Shown: positions 57,335 through 64,000 of the stretch, one piece after another | How the letters are laid out: each line of letters opens with the position of its first letter | Numbering within the stretch: position 1 is the first letter of the stretch | Assembly (NCBI GenBank): GCA_034670305.1 | Contig: JAXMNT010000021.1 | Coordinates: 32,001 to 96,000 of the forward strand | DNA: 64,000 nucleotides | Reading direction: 5' to 3' | From: Deltaproteobacteria bacterium | GTDB taxonomy: Bacteria > Myxococcota_A > Polyangia > Polyangiales > Houyiibacteriaceae | Program-made: the position numbers and the translations under genes | Notes under the pieces: generated by a model | Told to the model about the DNA's origin: nothing | Database searches by the model: none | What the model saw: only the letters and a program-made list of their open reading frames with translations

Positions 57335-59737
57335 ATGAAATTCGTCTTCTGGGTGCTTGCTTCGCTGTCGCTGATCGTGGGTTGTGGTGGGGACGACAGT
57401 GGGGGCAGCTGCACCACCGCGGCGGACTGTGTGGCCGGGGCCGCCTGCGTCGATGGCATGTGCGTGCGCCGGATGGACGGCGGCGGAACCGACACCGGCG
57501 GCGGCGGCATGGACACCGGCGAGATGTGCCCGACCGAAGAGCGGACCTGCCGGGGTGGCAGCGCATGCTGTGCCGAGGGCGAAGAGTGCGTGGACGGGCT
57601 GTTCTGTTTCGACGTCTGCGAGAACACCCGATGCGGCGACAACGGCGCGGTGTGCTGCGGCGCGGACCAGACCTGCCTCGACGGCGTCCTGTGCGCCGCC
57701 GACTGTGCGGCGGACCGCGAACTCTGCGGCGCAGACCTCGAGCTCTGCTGCGACGCGGGCGATGCGTGCGTGGCCGACGCCTGCGTCACGCCGGGCATCG
57801 AGTGCGGCGACGACTTCGACTGCCGCGACGCGGCGCTCTACTGCGAGCCGACCATCGGCCGCTGTTTGCCGACCCCGGGTGGCGAGGTCTGCGAAGTGCG
57901 CCCCGAGTTCGACGACATCTCGCTCGCGCTCGAGTGGCACTGGGAAGGCGTGATGTCCGCCGGCCGCCTGTACAGCGAGGTCATCACCCCGCCGGTCACT
58001 GGTGACGTGAGCGGCGACGGCATCCCCGACGTGATCGTTCCTGCCTACACCGGCACCGTCTACCACGACCCGGTTCTGGTCGCGCTCAGCGGCGACACCG
58101 GCGCGCTCGTGATGCTCGTCGAACGCGACGGAGCGAACCGCGTGAGCCCCGAGGGCGAGGGCACCGCGCTCGCCAACTTCGACCCGAGCGACGACGCCCT
58201 CGAGATCGCGTACCGCCTCGACATCGGCGGCTTCCGCATCGTGGACGGCGACGGGGTCACGGAGATCGCGTACCGCACCGGCGAGAACATCCGCGGCACG
58301 ATTGAGATCGCGGACCTGAACGCCGATGGCACGCCCGATCTGATCCTCGGCTGCCGCGCCTTCAACGGCCTCGACCCGAGCGACGCGAGCATGGACTTCT
58401 TCGACCGCGGCAACTGTGCCACCGGCGGATACTCGGCGACCTCGATCGCCGACCTCGACGGAGACGGAGAACCCGAAGTCACGTCCGGCGCGGTCGCGGT
58501 GAACGTCGATGGCTCCATCTTGTGGGGCAGCACCACTGGCGCCCATGCGCTGACGGCGATCGCCGACATGGACGTCAACGGCACCCCGGAGGTCATCACC
58601 GTGCGCGGCGGCGTGGTCGACATCCTCGACGGAGCCACCGGCGTGCGCTGGAGCGGGCTCTCCGCCCCGCTGCCCATTCCAGGCGGCGGCACCGGTGGCG
58701 CGCCGACCGTCGCCGACTTCGACGGCGATGGGCTCCCAGAGATCTCAGCCGCGGGCCGGGCCTTCTACACGGTCTACGATCCGGACTGCACGAGCGGCAC
58801 CCCGCGCGCCGGCGGGACCTGCGTCTCGGGTGCGACCGACGGCATCCTCTGGTCCACCGGGACCCAGGATCTGAGCTCCAGCGTGACCGGCTCGAGCGTG
58901 TTCGACTTCCAAGGGGATGGCGTCGCCGAGGTCGTCTACAACGACGAGTGTTTCCTCCACATCTACGACGGCGAGACCGGCGAAGAGTTGCTCATGGAGC
59001 CGATTCCGAACAGTTCGCGCACCGGGTTCGAGTACCCGACCGTGGTCGACGTGGACGGGGACGGAAACTCTGAGATCGTCGTCGGTGCCAACCGCGACCA
59101 GGCGGTCATCCGCGACCACTGCGACGATGCCTATTCGCGCGAGTTCGGGGTGCCGATCGCGGAGCTGCCGCCGGAGTACGCACGCGGCACCACGGGCGTG
59201 TTCTCCTACGGCGATTCGTTCGACCGATGGGTCGGCACCCGCCCGATCTGGAACCAGTTCAGCTACCACGTGAGCAACGTCGGACGCGACGGCTCGGTGC
59301 CTGCGGTGGAAGCGGACAACTGGACCACGGCCGGCCTCAACAACTACCGCCAGAACGTGCAGGGCGCGGGCATCTTCAACGCGCCGAACCTGGTCGTCGA
59401 ACTCACCGCGGTCGACGCGTGCGGCTCGAGCGAAGTGCGGCTCTCGGCGCTGGTCCGCAACGAAGGCTCACGCGGCGTCGCGGCGGGCGTCGCGGTGCAG
59501 TTCGTCCGCACCGACACCGGCACCGACGAAGTGGTCGGCAGCGCCAACACGACCCGCGCGCTCCTGCCGGGCGGCACCGAGCGGTTGACCATCGTCGTGA
59601 CCGTGCCGCTCGACGTCGAGCTGACCTTCGAGGCGCGCGTGGACGGCTCGGACGCCGCACCCGCGGGGCTCGTGGTGGAGTGCAACGAAGACGACAACGC
59701 CGACGCCGCGATGGCGATGTGTCCGAGCTTCGGCTGA
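57335..59737 (+). CDS. FG-GAP/VCBS-repeat lipoprotein with a Cys-rich N-terminus and CARDB-like C-terminus
   Basis: Lipobox IVGC; many ADLDGDGxPE repeats; IWNQFSYHVSN; VRNEG...VVECNEDDN; TACACT 6 nt upstream. Confidence 0.88.
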   Translation: MKFVFWVLASLSLIVGCGGDDSGGSCTTAADCVAGAACVDGMCVRRMDGGGTDTGGGGMDTGEMCPTEERTCRGGSACCAEGEECVDGLFCFDVCENTRCGDNGAVCCGADQTCLDGVLCAADCAADRELCGADLELCCDAGDACVADACVTPGIECGDDFDCRDAALYCEPTIGRCLPTPGGEVCEVRPEFDDISLALEWHWEGVMSAGRLYSEVITPPVTGDVSGDGIPDVIVPAYTGTVYHDPVLVALSGDTGALVMLVERDGANRVSPEGEGTALANFDPSDDALEIAYRLDIGGFRIVDGDGVTEIAYRTGENIRGTIEIADLNADGTPDLILGCRAFNGLDPSDASMDFFDRGNCATGGYSATSIADLDGDGEPEVTSGAVAVNVDGSILWGSTTGAHALTAIADMDVNGTPEVITVRGGVVDILDGATGVRWSGLSAPLPIPGGGTGGAPTVADFDGDGLPEISAAGRAFYTVYDPDCTSGTPRAGGTCVSGATDGILWSTGTQDLSSSVTGSSVFDFQGDGVAEVVYNDECFLHIYDGETGEELLMEPIPNSSRTGFEYPTVVDVDGDGNSEIVVGANRDQAVIRDHCDDAYSREFGVPIAELPPEYARGTTGVFSYGDSFDRWVGTRPIWNQFSYHVSNVGRDGSVPAVEADNWTTAGLNNYRQNVQGAGIFNAPNLVVELTAVDACGSSEVRLSALVRNEGSRGVAAGVAVQFVRTDTGTDEVVGSANTTRALLPGGTERLTIVVTVPLDVELTFEARVDGSDAAPAGLVVECNEDDNADAAMAMCPSFG

Positions 59738-59822
59738 GGGGCGACACCCAACATCGTTTGCGCCGTGCCTCCCCGCCGAACCGGACGTGGGAGCGCGGCG
59801 GGGAACGTGCTAGGCGTGCCGG

Positions 59823-60341
59823 ATGCCGACCTACGATGCCGCGCAAGCCGAGTGTTTCGTCTTCTCGTTCAAGGACGGTCTTCTGTCGAAGATCGCGCAC
59901 GACCTCAAGATCCGAGTCGAGACGCTGGAGCTGACGGTGGACGGCGACTCGGTGTCCGCGCGCTTCGACGCGGGCAGCTTGCGGGTGGTGTGTGCGCGCA
60001 AAGCCAAGATGGACGCACCGGGCACCCTCGGTGCCTCGGACAAGAAGAAGATCGAGAAGAACATCCGTGAGGACGTGCTCGCCGCGAAGAAGCACCGCGA
60101 CATCACGTTCGTGTCCACCAAGGTCGTGCGCGACGACGACGGCGCGCTGGTCTCGGGCGACCTCACCCTGCACGGCCGCACCCGCGCCATCGAGACCCGC
60201 GTCACCCGCCGCGGCGACCGGTGGTTCGCCGCGCTCGAGCTCGATCAACGCGACTTCGGCATCACGCCCTTCAAAGCGATGCTCGGCACCCTGAAGATCC
60301 AGCCCATCGTGGGCGTGGAACTCAGCATCCCAGCCAGCTGA
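59823..60341 (+). CDS. YceI-family protein
   Basis: GLLSKIAHDL, VLAAKKHRDITF, VSGDLTLHGRTR, QRDFGITPF. Confidence 0.85.
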   Translation: MPTYDAAQAECFVFSFKDGLLSKIAHDLKIRVETLELTVDGDSVSARFDAGSLRVVCARKAKMDAPGTLGASDKKKIEKNIREDVLAAKKHRDITFVSTKVVRDDDGALVSGDLTLHGRTRAIETRVTRRGDRWFAALELDQRDFGITPFKAMLGTLKIQPIVGVELSIPAS

Positions 60342-60363
60342 CCGGCGGCGCCGGTCCCTTGCC

Positions 60364-61551
60364 CTAGAACCTCGTGCCGAGCCGGATCTCCGCACCCAGG
60401 GCGAGGGCGCCGCCGTTGGCGCTCAGGTACTGGAGTTCGCCGACGCTGAGTTCGGCGTAGAACTTGTTCGTCACGTTGTAGGCGGCGATCGCGGAGACGC
60501 GCGCCATGAAGTTCGGCACCCGATTGCCGCTGACGCTCTGGAAGAAGCCGACCTCGATCGAGGCGCCGAGGTGCAGCGGGAACGTGAACGGGCTCGCGAG
60601 GTACACGCCGCCGGCGAAGAGCGCGATCGCGCTGGCGCTTCCGAAGTCGTACTCGACGCCGGCCCGCAGCTCGAACCCGGGCAAGCTCTCGAAGCCGCGG
60701 CCGACCCGGAGCGCGAGGCTGCCGAGGGCGCCGCCGGTGCCGCCAGCGCCGGTCTTCACGAGACCACGCACGCCGCCGCCAACCTGCAACATCATCCGTC
60801 CATCCGCGACGCCGTAGCGGTCGCGGGTCTCGAAGGCGTGGGCTTCGTTGGCTTCGCGTTCGGCCGCTTCGCGTTCGGCCGCCTCGCGTGCTTCTCGCGC
60901 TTCGCGCTCGCGCTCCGCTTCTTCGGCCGCTTCGCGTTCGAGGCGGGCGGCTTCGTCGAGCCGCGCTTGTTCTTCCGCGTCGCGTTCGGCGATGCCCTCG
61001 GCAAGCCGGGCCGTTCGGTCCTCGCCCGCCAACGCGACCCCGTCGTCGCTCAATCCTTCGGGGCGCAGCATGGCTTGGAGCAACTCGACGAGCCGGTCGT
61101 CCTCGCGCGACAGCCGGACCTCGGCGTCGAGTTCTTCCACGCGGGTGGAGGGCGCGTAGCCGACGCGGAGCGTGAGGTAGTACCCGCGGGCGTGGTGGTC
61201 GTGTACGACGGGCACGATCGACCACGTCGCGTTCTGGAGCTCGGCCACGGCCCGCATCTCGTTGGCCGTCTCGGGCGGCGCGCCTCGAACCTCCGTTGCG
61301 CCGGCTTCGGTGACGGCTTCATGGGAGAGGGTGCGCACCGCTTCGGCAACCCGTTCTTCGATTCGGTCGAGCTCTTCTTGGCTCGCACCACCGGTTCCAC
61401 CGGAGGTCGTCGGAGGCAGCACGACGACCCGATCCGCCTTCGCCGGCGTCGCGGCGAGCACACCCGCGCCGATCAGCGCGATCGCGACGAGATGACGCGA
61501 CCAGCGGCGGCAGAGAGAACGATGGTTCACGTTTGAAAGGGGAAAGCCCAT
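60364..61551 (-). CDS. Exported protein: alpha/beta domain, EA-rich coiled linker, C-terminal OM beta-barrel
   Basis: Signal ...VLAATPAKA; EREAAE repeats; amphipathic strands ending in terminal Phe (IRLGTRF); start could be 61530. Confidence 0.7.
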   Translation of the reverse strand: MGFPLSNVNHRSLCRRWSRHLVAIALIGAGVLAATPAKADRVVVLPPTTSGGTGGASQEELDRIEERVAEAVRTLSHEAVTEAGATEVRGAPPETANEMRAVAELQNATWSIVPVVHDHHARGYYLTLRVGYAPSTRVEELDAEVRLSREDDRLVELLQAMLRPEGLSDDGVALAGEDRTARLAEGIAERDAEEQARLDEAARLEREAAEEAEREREAREAREAAEREAAEREANEAHAFETRDRYGVADGRMMLQVGGGVRGLVKTGAGGTGGALGSLALRVGRGFESLPGFELRAGVEYDFGSASAIALFAGGVYLASPFTFPLHLGASIEVGFFQSVSGNRVPNFMARVSAIAAYNVTNKFYAELSVGELQYLSANGGALALGAEIRLGTRF

Positions 61552-61642
61552 GGGTGGCCCACAATGGGGCAAGAACCCGGCCAAGTCCCAGTTTAATGGG
61601 CGTTCGGCCTCCGGCTGGGTCGTTTTGGCCATCGCCGCTCGG

Positions 61643-62101
61643 CTACTGGAAGTGGACTTCGAGGTCTTCGCAGGGCGTGGGGGCGAAGCCGCCGTCGTCG
61701 GTGCGCGATCCGCAGGAGAAGCCGGCGGGGAAGTCGTGGACCCACGCTTCGCTGTGTTCGCTCGCGTCGTCGATGAACACGAGCGCCACGCCCGAGGCGG
61801 CGCCCGTGGTGCGCGCGAGCGGGGTGCCGAGCCGAGGCACGGTGCCGAGCGGCAGGAGCAGGATCTCGCCGAGCGCCAAGCCACGGTCGAACGCGGCGGC
61901 TGGGGGGCGGTCTGCGAGTGCGACCTCGAAGCGACCGTCCTCCGCGTGGCCTTCGCCGTAGAGCAGCCCTGGCTGGCCCCACCGCACCGTCAGCGTGCCC
62001 GGATCGTCGTTGGTCAGCGTGCCTTCGGCGCGCATCGACCGTCCGCAGGCCGCGGCGACCAACACCGACAAGACCACCAAGCTGACAACGATCCACCGCA
62101 C
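61643..62101 (-). CDS. Small hypothetical lipoprotein
   Basis: RWIVVSLVVLSVLVAAAC lipobox. Confidence 0.65.
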   Translation of the reverse strand: MRWIVVSLVVLSVLVAAACGRSMRAEGTLTNDDPGTLTVRWGQPGLLYGEGHAEDGRFEVALADRPPAAAFDRGLALGEILLLPLGTVPRLGTPLARTTGAASGVALVFIDDASEHSEAWVHDFPAGFSCGSRTDDGGFAPTPCEDLEVHFQ

Positions 62102-62258
62102 GATGGGTGGTTTACGTTGCAAGCACCGATCCACTTCCCGCGCATGGTCGATTGTTCCAAACCCCCGACGATCCGCACCGCAGCCAGACGCTCAGGTCCG
62201 CACAACCCAGTCGATCACTGCCATCCGTGTCATGGGTGTCGTCCCTCGTTCACGTGGT

Positions 62259-63134
62259 TCACGTGGTGAGGTGTGACTCGAAGGTGTGGCGGAGGGGCTG
62301 GTGGGGGCGGGGGTCGTAGATGGGGAAGACGACGCGATCGAACGCGCCGGCGAAACAACCGTCCAGCCAGCGGCGAAACGAACTGGCCACCATGTCGGGG
62401 TCGCAGCCGAAGACGCCGCAGCCCCAAGCGCCGAGCACGAGCGTGCGGTGGGCGTTGCTCTGGGCGACCGCGAACATCGCGCCGACGCGTTTGCGAAATG
62501 TGGATTCGACCACGGCGGCCGCGTCGTCGCGCTTCTTTTCGAGCTTGCGCATGTGCGGCGCGGCCATGGTCAAGACGCCCGCGGGGTACACGTGGTCGAG
62601 GCGGCTCTTGCTGCGCACGCGGAAGAACGGGACGGCCGGTGAGTAGATCGCCGCGTCGGAGTACAGGTGGGTCCGCGCGGCGCGGTGCTGGGCATAGAAG
62701 CCGCCCGGCACGTTCTGTTCGATCAGGCAGGGATGCAGCGCGGAGCATCGGGCGAGGTCTTCTTCTTGCGCCCGGGCGCCACTCAGAAACCCTCCGCCGG
62801 GTTTGAGCGCCGAGGCGAAGTTGAGCACCACGATGTGCTCCGTGCCTTCCTTCACCACCAGGCGATGTGCCGCTTGCTGCGACGTCTCGCCGGTGACCTC
62901 GACCTTCACCGCCGGCGCCGAGGCTTGCCCGAACTCGATCGCGCGCGCGCCGTAGGTCGCGAGCATCGTGTTCGTTTGCTGAGGCGAGAGCGTCACGGTG
63001 TGCTTCACCGCGTGGGCGATGGCGTCGCCGAACCGGACCTCGGTCCCGCTCTTGTGGGTGTAGCCCCCCGCGGCCAGGATCCGCTGAGTCTCGACCGCGA
63101 CCTCCTTGAGTGCCTCGTCGTGATAATGCGCCAC
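62259..63134 (-). CDS. Bacterial-type poly(ADP-ribose) glycohydrolase (TIGR02452/DUF2263 macrodomain)
   Basis: VLNFASALKPGGGFLSGARAQEEDLARCS (GGG-x-QEE catalytic loop), LYSD..IYSP.VPFFR, LVLGAWGCGVFG; TAGGTT 6 nt upstream of the GTG. Confidence 0.92.
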   Translation of the reverse strand: MAHYHDEALKEVAVETQRILAAGGYTHKSGTEVRFGDAIAHAVKHTVTLSPQQTNTMLATYGARAIEFGQASAPAVKVEVTGETSQQAAHRLVVKEGTEHIVVLNFASALKPGGGFLSGARAQEEDLARCSALHPCLIEQNVPGGFYAQHRAARTHLYSDAAIYSPAVPFFRVRSKSRLDHVYPAGVLTMAAPHMRKLEKKRDDAAAVVESTFRKRVGAMFAVAQSNAHRTLVLGAWGCGVFGCDPDMVASSFRRWLDGCFAGAFDRVVFPIYDPRPHQPLRHTFESHLTT

Positions 63135-63221
63135 GTTCTCAACCTACCGCGGCGACGGATCGATCGGGACAGGAAACACCCCTCTTGTGCTCCGGCGAAA
63201 GCTTCGGCAGCCTCCCCGGTC

Positions 63222-64000
63222 ATGGCCACCAAGAAGTCCTCCAAGAAGCCCGCGAAGAAACCTGCCAAGAAGGCTGCGAAGAAGGCGGCGAAGAAGGCCG
63301 CGCCCAAGAAGAAGAAGGCACCGGCGAAGAAGGCTGCGAAGAAGGCCGCGAAGAAGGCACCGGCCAAGAAGGCCGCGAAGAAGGCACCGGCCAAGAAGGC
63401 TGCGAAGAAGGCCGCGCCGAAGAAGGCCGCGCCGAAGAAGGCCGCGCCGAAGAAGGCCGCGCCGAAAAAGGCCGCACCGAAGAAGCTCGCGCCCAAGAAG
63501 AAGGCCGCCGCCGCACCGGCCGCCAAACCGACCGCAGGCGCCGACGGAGTGCTTCTCGAAGCCACGTTGAACTGGACCGACCTGACCGGCGCGCGCACCG
63601 GCGCGACGTCGAAGGGATCCAACAAGTTCTACAAAGCGAAGATCACCGAAGCCGGCGGCGGCTTCCAGGTCACGTTCAACTACGGCCGCGTGGGTCAGAC
63701 CGGCCAGCAGCAGACCGCCTGGGCACCGACCTTCGAAGCGGCGAAGAAGATCTTCGACAAGAAGATCAAGTCCAAGGTCAGCAAGGGTTACCGCCCGCTC
63801 GAGATGCGGAGCACCGCGGATGAGCTCGAGAAAGCGAAAGCCAAGGGCGTCACGCCCGACGCCGGCAAGCCGAAGAAGAAGAAGCCGACGAAGTCATTCC
63901 CGCCGGGCGTCGAGAAGCTGCTTTCGATCATGTACCAGACGGCCGGATCGGCGGCGCAGAAGGGCCTCAGCGCGTCCGCGGGCGCCAGCAAGTCCGCGCC
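63222..64000 (+). CDS. WGR-domain protein with a histone-H1-like Lys/Ala tail; probable poly(ADP-ribose) polymerase; 3' end lies outside the window
   Basis: Manual translation: MATKKSSKKP followed by AKKA/PKKAA repeats (~100 aa); LNWTD...SNKFY...YGRVGQTG...AKKIFDKKIKSKVSKGY (WGR); FPPGVEKLLSIMY resembles the start of the PARP regulatory helical domain. The catalytic domain is not visible. Confidence 0.75.
   Translation, partial: MATKKSSKKPAKKPAKKAAKKAAKKAAPKKKKAPAKKAAKKAAKKAPAKKAAKKAPAKKAAKKAAPKKAAPKKAAPKKAAPKKAAPKKLAPKKKAAAAPAAKPTAGADGVLLEATLNWTDLTGARTGATSKGSNKFYKAKITEAGGGFQVTFNYGRVGQTGQQQTAWAPTFEAAKKIFDKKIKSKVSKGYRPLEMRSTADELEKAKAKGVTPDAGKPKKKKPTKSFPPGVEKLLSIMYQTAGSAAQKGLSASAGASKSA

Noticed and set aside
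63005-63625. Minus-strand FFGAA-repeat membrane protein ORF
   Set aside because: Antisense of the AAKK-repeat/WGR gene, which has recognisable domain motifs on the plus strand.

Overview
High-GC (visually about 70%) bacterial chromosomal segment with about 50 protein-coding genes and no recognisable rRNA, tRNA, CRISPR array or intact transposase. The gene content suggests a Myxococcota (Polyangiales/Sandaracinaceae-like) genome (inference): many Cys-rich lipoproteins with DAG-type linkers, three Hanks-type Ser/Thr kinases, TIGR02996-like LRR proteins, and FG-GAP, RCC1 and MopE-like repeat proteins. Highlights: (1) At the right edge, a bacterial PARG (TIGR02452/DUF2263) sits head-to-head with a gene missing from the ORF track because it runs off the window. 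That gene encodes an ~100-aa histone-H1-like Lys/Ala tail, a WGR domain and the start of a PARP-type helical domain, so it is a probable bacterial PARP and the pair may be a writer/eraser module. (2) A tightly coupled cluster has a PafB/PafC-like WYL pair, a degenerate inositol-monophosphatase-like domain fused to ADP-ribosylglycohydrolase, and three LRR proteins. (3) A large lipoprotein carries an apparently circularly permuted esterase domain. (4) A degenerate 5'-nucleotidase is fused to an outer-membrane beta-barrel. (5) A TAnnnT hexamer sits 6-9 nt upstream of at least 20 start codons, suggesting pervasive leaderless mRNAs. (6) A family of intergenic hexamer-repeat elements has inverted (CCCTTG)n/(CAAGGG)n arms, and one copy has IS-like terminal inverted repeats. 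All calls come from reading motifs by eye; no database search was run.
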